Assembly (NCBI GenBank): GCA_021432655.1
Contig: MU271192.1
Coordinates: 124,001 to 188,000, forward strand
Direction: 5' to 3'
DNA: 64,000 nt
Origin: Atractiella rhizophila
Lineage: Eukaryota
Shown here: positions 1 to 12,151 of the stretch, piece after piece
Position numbering within the stretch: position 1 is the first letter of the stretch
How the letters are laid out: each line of letters opens with the position of its first letter
Notes under the pieces: model-generated
Database searches by the model: none
What the model saw: the letters and a program-made list of their open reading frames with translations, nothing else
Told to the model about the DNA's origin: nothing
Made by a program: the position numbers and the translations under genes

Positions 1-182
1 GATCAGCCTTGATTCGTGAGTTCAATAAAGAAATTGTCGATATTAGCTTGTTTGTTGATAAAGGGAAGGATCCGAGGTTCGATTTTCCCGAAATTTTAGG
101 TACACATGTCCAATTTGCTCGACTTCGTTCGAAAAACAAGTTGAAGGAGACTTTTGGGTTTGCCGAAGAGTGAGATAGGACA

Positions 183-1533
183 TCATTCGACCCTGTCCGA
201 GAGGTTGAGGAGGAGACTGGCGAGACAGCGCTTGGTCACGAGGTCGCCTTTTAGGAGAGGGGAGAATGTGGCGTCCCTCAACGGCTCGGGTAGGCAAGCT
301 CTCAAAGCCTCCCTCGCTCTGTCACACATTCATTCCATTAATCCTTGTACAGCCCTAAAAGTGACGAGACGTACCTGAGATTATCGCTAAGGCGGAGGTA
401 ACACCTGACGACATGCTTTAGTAGCCTGACCGCTTGAGTCTCCACCAGCTGATTGACCATATTGCTCAACACTGTTCCAACTGCGTAGAATCTCTCATAA
501 GTCTGGCAGATGTAACTCAGCCCCATATCATCCAAGAGAATCTTCTGGACTATGAATATCGCGACCGTCTTCGAAAGTTCGGAACCAGTCTCCATGATCC
601 TCAAACAGAGCGGGATAATCTCTGTCGAGAGGAGGAAGTTGATGACCTCGGAATTATCATTCTGCTTCACAAGCGCACCAATGACTCCGAGAGAGGTGAG
701 ACGAAGGTACTCAAAAGGACGAGTCTTAGAAGTCGTGTTGAGGAAGGGGTATAGGAAGAGGGGGATGTGGGCGGATAGGAAGAGGTGACGAGTGTCGTTG
801 TGAGAAGCGACGCATTGAAGGAGTGCTAGAGCATTGCACACGCGATTCGAGCTGTGGGCGGAGAGGGTTGGAGGGATTAAAAGAGGATAAACGGATACGA
901 TCTCTTGCAGCAGAGAGGCCATGACACCTTCCGACCTTTCAACACGCCAATCTTGGAATTAAAAAGGGAGGACGTACCGAAGCTGTGCCATAGCACCAAC
1001 GCTAAATCATCATACTGTTCCCTTTTCTTGCTCAGCTCTAACAAGGCGCTCTCCCTCGTATTGGGATCCATAAGGTCAACGATGAGATAATAAACCGCCT
1101 CATTTTCCGCATTCCCTGCACCACCGGCACCAGCACCATGGGAGAGGAGAACCTTTCCTTGATGGTGTGTCGATATTCCACTTCCAATGCCATTCGCGTG
1201 GGCACCGTTTAAGGAGTTCACTCCAGAGTTCGTGATGCCGATTCCATTAAGCTGGGGACCTGCAAGTTGTGGGGGGTTCGTGGCAGGCGGCTGCCATGCT
1301 GACTCGTGGGAACCTAGGCCTGTTCCAATTTCACTCGTTCAGCGTGTACACGCTGCCCCAGGAAGATAAAACGGACCTTGATGATACTGGTGCGTACGCT
1401 GCTGCTGGAGTATTGGAGAGGGAGATCTCGCTGAGTGGAAGGCGTTGAGCACTCTGTTTGACTGGAGATTTGACTGGAGATTCTGGTTGCCCTGGACGTT
1501 GAAGTATTGAGACTGGGTGGGGTGGACAAGCAT
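183..1533 (-). CDS. RCD1: CCR4-NOT subunit Rcd1/Caf40/CNOT9 (multi-exon)
   Basis: Motifs [101 protein letters not shown]. Exons join in frame over GT-AG introns. ATG 1533, TGA 183-185. Confidence 0.95.
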
Positions 1534-1698
1534 CCTTCACAGGCACTCATAGGATGGAGCTGCTCAGGCGAGATCGTCGTTTTTTTGGGACGGGGTCCGC
1601 CACTTTGCCGCTTGAGTCAGTTGAAGGAAACGACGAATGGGAACGTTGACGAGTGGCTAAAAGCATCAAGGTGATATCTTGTGATAGCATAAGAAACA

Positions 1699-2355
1699 AT
1701 GGAAGTAAGTATTTTGAGCTTTTTCTGAGTGTTAGGCGTTGAACATGAACAGGAGGACGATTATAACGACGGAGTCGACGTTGACGACCTCCTCCAACAA
1801 CCCACAACATCTTACGCCCTACCGTCACATAAAGACCCTAACAATGTTCTTGTGAATGAGCTCGAACGAAGGAAGCGCGCAAGGAAAATCGCTGTACCAA
1901 CGAACGATCAAGATGTCCGGAACAAGCTCAGGGAGATTCAAGAGCCCATGACGCTCTTTGGCGAAGGGCCAGCAGAAAGGAGGGAGAGGTTGAGATATCT
2001 TCTTAGCAAACTCGAGAAAACTTTGGCAGAGGAGATAGAAAGTGAAAGTGAATCCGAAGAGGATGAAGATGTGCGTTTTCCTTCCGATTAGCGTGGTCTC
2101 GAGTTGAAGGATACACAGAATCAAGAGTTCTTTATTCCTGGCTCAGATGAACTCCTCGAAGCGCGAAGATGGATAGCTCAATATTCTCTTCACAGGCACG
2201 TCTTCCGTCTTGGCTTCTTCTCCCCTTACTTTTGATGTTACAGAGCAAAAGAACGCGTGGAACGGCAACGCTCAGAAGCTGCTCTCCCCCTTGCCAAGCT
2301 CTTCGACGTCCGAAGAGCCATCTACAGCGAGCTCAAAGTGGGTATTTCGCTTATA
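1699..2355 (+). pseudogene. PRP4: Truncated 5' copy of PRP4, ending inside an intron at the duplication junction; probably an allelic copy
   Basis: Same exons as 2816-3472; lacks all WD40 exons. Confidence 0.8.
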
Positions 2356-2357
2356 AA

Positions 2358-2650
2358 ATTCCATTAAGCTGGGGACCTGCAAGTTGTGGGGGGTTCGTGG
2401 CAGGCGGCTGCCATGCTGACTCGTGGGAACCTAGGCCTGTTCCAATTTCACTCGTTCAGCGTGTACACGCTGCCCCAGGAAGATAAAACGGACCTTGATG
2501 ATACTGGTGCGTACGCTGCTGCTGGAGTATTGGAGAGGGAGATCTCGCTGAGTGGAAGGCGTTGAGCACTCTGTTTGACTGGAGATTTGACTGGAGATTC
2601 TGGTTGCCCTGGACGTTGAAGTATTGAGACTGGGTGGGGTGGACAAGCAT
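2358..2650 (-). pseudogene. RCD1: Duplicated 5' fragment of RCD1 (exon 1 and part of exon 2)
   Basis: Matches 1241-1533; truncated at the junction. Confidence 0.8.
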
Positions 2651-2815
2651 CCTTCACAGGCACTCATAGGATGGAGCTGCTCAGGCGAGATCGTCGTTTT
2701 TTTGGGACGGGGTCCGCCACTTTGCCGCTTGAGTCACTTGAAGGAAACGACGAATGGGAACGTTGACGAGTGGCTAAAAGCATCAAGGTGATATCTTGTG
2801 AGAGCATAAGAAACA

Positions 2816-4774
2816 ATGGAAGTAAGTGTTTTGAGCTTTTTCTGAGTGTTAGGCGTTGAACATGAACAGGAGGACGATTATAACGACGGAGTCGACGTTG
2901 ACGACCTCCTCCAACAACCTACGACTTCTTACGCCCTACCGTCACATAAAGACCCTAACAATGTTCTTGTAAATGAACTCGAACGAAGGAAGCGCGCAAG
3001 GAAAATCGCTGTACCAACGAACGATCAAGATGTGCGAAACAAGCTCAGGGAGATTCAAGAGCCCATGACGCTCTTTGGCGAAGGGCCAGCAGAAAGGAGG
3101 GAGAGGTTAAGATACCTACTTAGCAAGCTGGAGAAAACGTTAGCAGAGGAGATAGAAAGTGAAAGTGAATCCGAAGAGGATGAAGATGTGCGTTTTCCTT
3201 CCGATTAGCGTGGTCTCGAGTTGAAGGATACACAGAATCAAGAGTTCTTTATTCCTGGCTCAGATGAACTTCTCGAAGCGCGAAGATGGATAGCTCAATA
3301 TTCTCTTCACAGGCACGTCTTCCGTCTTGGCTTCTTCTCCCCTTACTTTTGATGTTACAGAGCAAAAGAACGCGTGGAACGGCAACGCTCAGAAGCTGCT
3401 CTCCCCCTTGCCAAGCTCTTCGACGTCCGAAGAGCCATCTACAGCGAGCTCAAAGTGGGTATTTCGCTTATAGCTTTCGAAAGTTCACTAAGCTCTTACG
3501 CTCAGAAATACACCAATCTTGGTTCTCAAATCGGTTCTTCGCGTCCAATCTCCATCGTCCGCTTCTCCCCCTCCTCTGACCTCCTCCTCACCGGTTCGTG
3601 GTCTGGACACGCAAAAGTATGGGAAGTGCCTTCATGTAATCTACGAGGTGGTATGCAGAACGGAATCGTCTACAAAGGTCCGCTTCTGTAAGTCTCGTCA
3701 GCAAAGGACAAGAATAAACTCATGCATCTTTCCTCTAGGACACGACGGTAGCGAACGAATAGGCGGGGCGGCTTGGCATCCCCAAGCGACCGTTTCTCAA
3801 TCTCCCACGACTGTCAATTTCGTGACCGGCGCCGCAGACGGGCTCGCTTGTTTGTGGTCGCTCGACAATCCCAAACCTCTGTCCATTCTCTCTGGACACG
3901 CTGCTCGCATCGCAAGGGTCGCATTCCATCCGAGCGGTCGTTATGTTGGAACTGCAAGCTACGATCAAACTTGGAGGCTCTGGGACGTCGAGACCTCCCA
4001 AGAGATCCTTTTACAGGAGGGTCATTCGAAGGAGGTTTATGCGATCGAATTCCAAGCTGATGGAAGCTTGGTTTGTAGTGGAGGATTAGATGCTATTGGA
4101 AGGGTATGGGATTTGAGGAGCGGAAAGACCATTATGACGCTCGAAAACCATGTCAAGGATGTCCTTGCGGTTGATTTCTCGCCTAATGGGTGCGCTTCTT
4201 TCCCTGTTGTGCTCTGATCCAGTCTTTCTCAAGACTCCAACAGGTATCAAATTGCAACGGGGTCGAACGACGACACGATTAGGATCTGGGACATGCGCCA
4301 GCTGAAGCCGATATACACCATTGCTGCCCATCGATCCAGCGTTTCAGATGTACGATTCTTCAAATATGACCGATCGCGTACGCGCTTCCCATCTGCATTC
4401 GCGTCGCTCCCTGTTCTGTCCAGTAACAAATCGTCGGCCAATGGAGGAGAAGAAGAGATGGACGTTCGCGCGGACGGAGACATGAACGGTGCAGTGGATG
4501 CCGAGGTTGACGTACCGCTCGATGGACTTTACCTCGCCAGCAGCGGATATGACGGCATGTTGAAGATTTGGAGTGCTGATGATTGGCAGCTTGTGAAAGC
4601 ACTGAGCTCTGAGGCAGGAGGAAAAGTCATGAGCGTGGATATGAGTTCAGGTCTGTCGTTTACGTGCTGTGCATGAGAGCAGGGGCTGATGCTTAGGGGG
4701 CAGATGGGAAGTTTATGGCAACCGGAGAATGGGGGAGGACGTTTAAGCTTTGGTCGGCAGAAGACAGCATTTAG
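2816..4774 (+). CDS. PRP4: U4/U6 snRNP protein Prp4 (SFM motif plus WD40 repeats)
   Basis: [35 protein letters not shown] (SFM/PRP4 motif). WD40 repeats [63 protein letters not shown] followed by a GTAAGT intron; TAG 4772-4774. Confidence 0.93.
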
Positions 4775-5629
4775 TCTTAATGCATTCTTCGTCTGTCCCT
4801 CTAACTCTCTGCGATTCGAGTGTGGTTTCTACGTGACCTCCATTCCCTCCGAGTCTGTCAAGTTTCACGCCTCTCAACGAGTTGGTGTCATATCCTGCTT
4901 CGAAATAAGAAGCAGAACACACAAAGCAGACTTTGATAGTCCAATCTTTCGAGGTTGAGCAGAAGGTTTTCAGCTAGTTCGCCATTGATCAGTGCCTGAC
5001 GAACCCTGAGGACGAGGATGTTCTTTAACATTCACCGTCTGACCTTTCCGTGCAGTTTCCCTGTCCTGTTTATGCTTGTTCCTTCCCCGATTGGCGAATT
5101 CTCTCTGGTGTGCCCTACAGTCAGCTTACGCTGGCTGATACGAGACTGCTCGATGCGCTCGACTGTTGTGACGTTCTGTAACGACGCCCAGATCGTGGCA
5201 TGGTCCGTTCTAACTTTGGCCAGTCCAAGGAGTGACGTAAGCGGATGAGTTTCACATTATGCATTATGACCTTCACGTTCAGTCAATATAAAGGACTAGG
5301 GAGTCGACGGGTCATGTCTTCGAATTCTGCTTCGGATTCAAGTTGAGGTTCTTCCCAATTCCATCTGCTTCACGACTAAGTCTGATTTTACATTACCTGA
5401 AAAGCTTGTGTACGACGAAGGTACTAGAGATGGCTGAGTTCGTCATGTGTAATCCGCTCTCTCTTGTATGTCCTATTCTGTTTGTCGTTGAGTCTATCCC
5501 ATGGTGTCCTGAACCTGAGTTTGATGACTTTAAGCTGAACTTCTTCGAAGCAGCGAAACGGAATTGAGTCTGCCAGTACGAGGACACCTCAGGCTCCCCA
5601 CGGCCTTTTATCAGCTCCACCCTCTAGGC

Positions 5630-6349
5630 CGTCGTCCGGATCATCCTCCTACTTCACCTGTAACTCCCGATTCATCTCCTCTTCCACAACTCCAATCCCC
5701 AAGCCGGAACATCGAGTCCTCAATGGACATCCTTTGGCTCCATCCGCCCTGATTGGAAAGACGATCATAGGGCACTATGACTGCGCGTACATTTCACCAA
5801 GCGCGACGAGGAAACAGGATTCCATTCTCCTCTTCTTCTCCGATCTCACCGCATTCCACATCGTCACCCCACACCATTTTATCCTCGACCTCTCTCCATC
5901 TCTGGACGATGTCCTCTCTGAAATTTCGCCCTTCGGTCCTAGGGCAGAAGGGATGGTCGTCTCCCACTGCGCGGTAGAAGAGATTGACGTCCTTCGCCGT
6001 CGAGCGTTGACTATGCGTTTGACCTGTCCGCTCCTGCCCATGCTCCGCGCCACTGCTTCTGGGACAAGAACAAAGCCCGTGCTTGGGTCTATCAGCTCAG
6101 TACCCCAGAATCGATGAAATTGGGCCCGAAGCCGATGAGTTCTGGAGCCCACCCTTGATCGTGGAGGTGGACTATAAGCATGGACTCGAGAGGGCATGGA
6201 TGGAGAGGGAGGCCATGGAAAAGTGTTTGGGAATGAAGTTGAGCGCCGAATTTGGTGTGTACCGATCCTTCTTGAAGGCAGGTTCAATTAACCTAGATAC
6301 TACAGATGAAACCAACCTCTCCTGTTGGCACTGTCTTCCTCGTCGCTGA
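5630..6349 (+). CDS. Hypothetical protein; exon structure unresolved
   Basis: Two consecutive protein-like open frames (about 5630-6117 and 6083-6349); no motif recognised and no clean intron joining them. Confidence 0.35.
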
Positions 6350-6584
6350 GCAATGATCATCGATCATCCACTTTCTATGCATGACTATGACTTTCAGGTG
6401 GTCTATTCTGTGATCCTTAAGTTCGCAACGCCTCTTCAATCAATCATCCAGGTTCGGTACTGATATTAAAGCAACAATGAAGTTGTCATTTTACACTGAG
6501 TTCGCAGTGTCAATATCTTAGCAATATGTACATAAACATGCGCATCTACAGTCAATCTACCTCCATTTTGTTTTGTTATGCGTT

Positions 6585-8012
6585 CTATTCTCCTTTGTTA
6601 CCCTCAGCCTGAGCAAGCAACACCCTCGTCCGATCCCAAACGGCATCTCCCTCCATATATGCACCTTTCAGCCACCTCCCCTTCTCATCACCAGACTCGC
6701 CATCGAAATCGAACGCAGTTCTCGCATGCAACACCCTCCTATTATCAAACGCAACCAGGTCTCCCTCCTCCAACTGAACCTCATATCTCATGCCTTCCTC
6801 CTCCACCAGGTTGGTGAAAGTGGTCAGGGATCGATGAAGGGACGCCAGTTGGGAAGGAGTGTGATGCCGAAGTAAGAGGGGGGATTGGAATGGCGGAGCA
6901 TAATTCACGGCGAACAACTTCGGCGGGATCGGGTCTCCTCCTTGCGTGACAGGAGGGGTATTGGGATCCAATTCGAAGACGGGATGCTCCCATCGCGTAT
7001 GATGTCCGTTGTTCCGATACTCGAAGCCCATTTTGGTCCTACTCAGAACGTCGAAGCGTCTCCTCCACTTCTCGTCTGCCCACATCCTCTCGGCCGCTTT
7101 GAAGGAGTCGACAAAGTACGACCGGCCACCTTTTATGCCTCGGTTTTTGAGACAGTGCAAGAATTGGTATCGAGGTGGGTTCTGAAAGTGCACTAGATCC
7201 ATGTGCAGTCCTAAGTCTAGGTTGGTGTTGGCTACATTCTTTGTGTCCTTCTTCTCGTCCCTCACGTCCCACAGGTCACCATACCAAGTCCTCCTCAACT
7301 CGCCGATGGTCTCCACCACGTTCCTCAGTTCTGTGTGAACACCTTCCTTTTCTTCGGTGGGGACGCCGGTGAGGAAGACGAGGCCGTACTTCGTGAGCTG
7401 CTGGAGGAAAGGGAGTGGATCGGATTTGTAGCTATCGTACGAGATGGCCTTGTGTTTCCCTTCACCTATGAACTTGGAATTGTCCCAAGTAATGGGTTCC
7501 AACTGATCGAAATAATGCAGCTTGTCCCATCCCTCCCTGGTCGCATAATCCCTCAAAAAATCGAGCGGAAGCTCGCTCTCCACGCTCTCTCCCTCCCATC
7601 GCAGCCTGAGCGCTCCATGGACCACCTTCGCCTGCGACAGGTTGAGTTCAGGCGAGATGGTGGTGGTCTGGAACGTCTTTTGTTTGGTGAGCGGATGGAA
7701 GGAATGCTCCGATCGATCGGCGTCCCGAAGGAAGAGGAAGGGGAAGGAAGCGTTGTGGAGCGAGTGCGCGGGAGAGTTGAGCACGATCGACTTTGCGTGG
7801 TGGGAGATGCTGATCTCAACTTCGTTCTCAGTGCCGTCTTGGACTTGGACTTGACTTTGACGCTGAGGAGTCACGGAAAGGAAACGACTCTGTTGCCGCT
7901 TGCTACTGATTCGATCAGCACAACGCTACCCAGAGCAGAGGCAAAAACGTTACGCTGGGACCCGAAAGGCAAAGATAAAAGCCCTCTTGCCTCTGCAAAT
8001 TCCGGCAGACAT
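6585..8012 (-). CDS. Gamma-butyrobetaine dioxygenase-like (TauD/BBOX/AIM17 family) Fe(II)/2-oxoglutarate dioxygenase, probably mitochondrial
   Basis: HxD motif LGLHMDL, PPRYQFLHCL, GGRSYFVDSF, distal FDNRRVLHAR and RWLKGAY. Arg-rich N-terminal exon MSAGICRGKRAF splices in frame. Confidence 0.88.
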
Positions 8013-8083
8013 CGTTGGTAATTGGCTGATTTCAACCCATACTGTGACTGTGAATACTAGTACCCCGTCATGTGTATGTACTC

Positions 8084-8091
8084 TCACGTGA
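8084..8091. promoter_or_regulatory. TCACGTGA E-box (Cbf1/bHLH-type) upstream of the dioxygenase
   Basis: Perfect palindrome about 70 bp upstream of ATG 8012. Confidence 0.4.
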
Positions 8092-8151
8092 CAGCGGTCG
8101 ACGCGTCCCATCGACCATCGCATTGATCGTGTTCTCTTCCTTCTCGCAGGG

Positions 8152-9376
8152 ATGCAGACCAGCTTCAGCACGACGACGTTTGCTCAGATTCCCGTATATG
8201 TCACGCGGGTTTCGGAGGCGGAGTTCTGTCGGACGACTGGGATGTCGGGACGCAGAGGCGGGACGCAACTTTCAGCCCTTCCTCCACGTCCCGACATCTC
8301 TGCTCGCTTAAATAGAGAGGTCTTAGGAACTGCCAACCCAGGGAGTACAACCATCCACATCGCCTGACTGTCGAGTTTCGAGCTTCTCCAACTTCAGCTT
8401 TCGCGTTTCTTCTGCTCAAGTACTGCACGTCAGCCATGTTTTCAAAGATCTTTTCCCTTCGCTTCTTCGCCTCCGCCGGCCAACGCCTCACACATCCTCG
8501 CTCTTGTCTCTCAGATATCCAGCAAGCGCCGCATCCTGCTGCCGTCCAAAGGATTTACATGCCTGGTGAGTTCCTCTCTATCATTATCAATGCGGCAGTG
8601 GATTGAATCGTATCGGTATTTGCAGAGGGATCCGCCGAGGAAGCGCTGAGGACGCTGCTGGAGAAAGCGACGAAGTTGGAACAGGTAAACGAGAGAAAAT
8701 GCGCTCCGGTGAATGAAGATGAGGTTTGTCGCTCTCCTGCTCCCCGCTCGTTGTAGCTAATTGATCGCAGAGCACGGAGGAAGTCGACGACGCCTCCGCC
8801 TCCAGATTCTCGACCAAGAGCACGTCCTCGTCCATCTTTTCAACCGCGTCCGCCAGCTCAATCTTCAGCGCCGTATCGACGACCTCGTCCACTGTGCTAA
8901 CGGCAGCATCGAGCACAACCTCCATCGTCTTCTACGGCGTCACCGGCACGACCTCAATTGTCTTCTACGTCGTCACGAGCACGATTTCGTTCCTTTTCTC
9001 CATGATCAGGCTTCCGTCGAAGGTGTCCAATAAGCTTTCCGCCTACTACAAAAAGGCCAACATCGGATGCAACCACGTCATCTTGCGCGTCAGCACCTTC
9101 ATCGACCCTAACTCTCCTCTCACGGAGTGGGCCGAAAGGAGAGCGAGAAACCTGGCTCGGGCGCCGTTTCGCGAAGGTGGAATGATAATCACCGTGTGGG
9201 AAGGGGAGCGTTTGGATTGGCCAGAGACCTTCGAGCGAATCTTCGATTGGATCCTGGAGGTACTCCTGACCTTTGTGGTGAGAGAGTTGGAGTTCGTCTT
9301 GGTTGGAGTCGGCTTTCTGGACCATAAGGGTGAACGTCCTTTGAGGTCTCATCTTGACTACCACCCCTACCAGTGA
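8152..9376 (+). CDS. Hypothetical Ser/Thr-rich protein with hydrophobic segments; start uncertain
   Basis: GT-AG introns near 8566-8625 and 8724-8770 join in frame into the 8894-9376 ORF. Confidence 0.45.
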
Positions 9377-11015
9377 ACGCCAATACGATTCATGATTTAT
9401 GCATTGCTTGAAATGTTTGTACGAAGCCACTTTGCGTTTGAGAATCCATTGGGTCCCTTGGATGTTTGATTGATTGTGTTGTTTGGCTTGTTTTCGAGAT
9501 TGAAATATCGAATTTCTTGACTTGTTATGAGTAACTTACCAGTATAAAATACACGATTCATACTTTCGAATGAGAATAACATCGTCAAATTCGTTCTTCT
9601 CTCAACCATTCACCACTACTGCCGCTGAACGCCTCAGAACTCTCCCATAGGAATTGCAACAAATCCACTTATGGAATCGAGTAGTCATAGGAGTGCTCCT
9701 CTCACTCAATTCTCGCGCGTCCAGTCTTAGACGTCTGCATAGACGCAGACGTGGCAATGGCTAATGTGCGAGACCCATCGATTCATCGCATCTTCTTTAT
9801 ATATTCTCGCTATATTATTAAACCTGTCGATATTGTAACAAAAACGCCTTTCATTTTCCCAGTATGGCAATCCCTCTCGCACCTTGCGTTTCCACTGGCA
9901 GCAGGGGACCTATCAGTCACAACACTCAAACCAATCATAAAATTAACAGCACGTGAAGTCATCCTCGTTGCCCTTTGAAGATTTTGAACTGAGGGTGTCT
10001 TTAGTTGCAATCCTTCGCAAAAAAGATTGAGAGCAGCAGAACCACATGGAGGGTGAGGCCAGACAAGCACTTGTATGTCAATCACCCTCTGACGACATCG
10101 CTTGGGGAGAATTTGGAGAGTAATGTTCGATTCGTTAGGTCCCTATGCTTTTTCTAGCGAATTAGACCTTAATTATCTCTCCAGCGTCTCGACGACGACA
10201 GGATCCTCTATGATCGCGACCTCAATAGCCTCTCCAATCAAGTCTATGCGGTTTTTGGTTCGGAATATGACAATGAGTTGACACATGAGGATTTTCAAGG
10301 TCGTGGGTGGGAGAGCATGTCCTCCGTGCTCATACCTCAACCTCAAGAACACCCTGCCATCCATTGCGTCTGCCTCATCTTCTAGCTCTGGAAAGGATCC
10401 AATAGGCACAGAGCACCAGCAGCTTCAGTGAGTGTCTCCAGCGCCTGAACGGGATCCAAAAAATGAGTTGCGGACAGCAATTACTTCCCTGTCCTAGCCA
10501 CCAAACGCCAAACTGGCTTTAAACTTCGTCAACATAAATGCCACTTATTTCCCTGGTTCCCTTTACTGCATGTGTGCGGCACAGGTATAGTTATAGTTGT
10601 AGCTCCGTAGAAAATGGCACATGATTTGGATGGAGACCCTCATCAGAACTCAGGCAACTCAAAGTACTGCTTGTGTAGCTGTAGCTCACTCAGTTCCCGA
10701 ATCTCCACAGAGAGATCCATTCTGACTCGCCGAATTTTGGGCTTGAGCCGCGCCACAACTCAAGCCACAAAACCTCTTCCGAGTCGGATTCACGAAAACA
10801 CTCCTAATATTTTGTGATTCCATCGCCATTCCAACTTGAAGAGGATAGATACAGGCATCACAGGAAGAAAGGATTAAAAAGGTGAGGAGTGTCTCTCAGG
10901 CTCTCTCCTAGCGATATCTGATATCCTCATTATCAGTCCTTCGGAGCCGCACTTGCAGATCAAGGAGACCACATAGATTTGATAAAGCTTTGAGATTTTG
11001 GATAGATATATCAAT

Positions 11016-11989
11016 ATGAATGGGAAGAACGATGTGTGTATGTTCTTTCTGCCTGGCTTAGACAGCTAAAGAGGTAGAGCAGAAAATCATAGCCGTGATC
11101 TTCGATGTTGATGGCACCCTCAGTCAGTCTTTATGCAGTTCCCACTTCCATAGTGCAATCATCTGATTGGTGTGAAAAGTTGACACGGAAACCATATATA
11201 CAAGGTGTGATCCTTGTTTCTCTCACACAAACTGACGCCTGACTGAAGCTCTGTCGCAGAATTTTCGTAAGCCCCACGACTCTCTTTAGCCACCCATCGA
11301 TGACTGGACGTGCAGAATGAGATTTTCGCGCAATTCGATAAGGGGCCAATATCAATGGAATTTAAAGGGAGCATCATGGGACTTCCTCCGGCGATTTCCC
11401 TTCAGAAAATTATTGATCATTATTCGTTACCACTAGAACCAGCTGAACTCTCGAAGGTCAGTGACAATCCAGTCCTTTTAGTTATATGTCCACTAATGCA
11501 TCTAGTTAGTTGATGGACCCGCTGGAAATCAAATACTTCGCCGAGGTTGAGCCTCTTCCTGGCGCCGCCAAGCTCGTGAAAGAACTTGCTTCTCGGGGCA
11601 TTCCGATGGCATTGGCGACAGCTTCCTCAAGTGACGCCTTCGTCCACAAGACCTCTCACCTTTCGTATCTCTTTCAATACTTCTCTGCCGATCGTATAAT
11701 ACGAGGGGATCATCCGGATCTGAAACGAGGCAAGCCGAATCCAGATATTTTTCTTCTCGCTGCGAAGTCGCTGGGGATCGAGGGAGAGGAAGCCTGCGCT
11801 AAAGTTTTGGTGTTCGAAGATGGCCTTAACGGGGTGATTGGAGCGAAGAGAGCTGGAATGCAAGTCATCTGGGTCCCGGACGTGGAATACCGCAGGGTGC
11901 TTTCTCAAAATGACATCGACGCGCTGGGACAAACAGTCGTAGAATTGCAGAGCTTGGAAGACTTTAAAATAGAAAATTGGGGTTTGTAG
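11016..11989 (+). CDS. HAD-superfamily phosphatase, HDHD1/pseudouridine-5'-phosphatase-like; start approximate
   Basis: Motif I AVIFDVDGTL, PLPGAAKLVKEL, PMALATAS, RGKPNPDIFLLAA, motif IV LVFEDGLNGVIGAKRAGMQVIWVPD. Confidence 0.88.
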
Positions 11990-12151
11990 ACAGATGTGTG
12001 CAATGTGGAAGATTACATTACTAACTTGGAGTTCTTTCAACAACCAGCCGCGGGACTGAAAATATTCAAGATTCATCGATATTCATCCTCAATTCAAGCA
12101 TTTCTTTGGTTAACATTACAAAGTTGGAATCTACATGACGTTTTACTTCTT

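Larger units (their letters stand above)
1241..3472. repeat. Direct tandem duplication 1 (1241-2355 and 2358-3472, offset 1117)
   Basis: Near-identical copies with identical translated ORFs at 1729/2846 and 1339/2456. Scattered SNPs; junction is AA at 2356-2357. Confidence 0.97.

Noticed and set aside
7335..8021. 228-aa plus-strand ORF
   Set aside because: Antisense shadow of the dioxygenase CDS; no motifs of its own.
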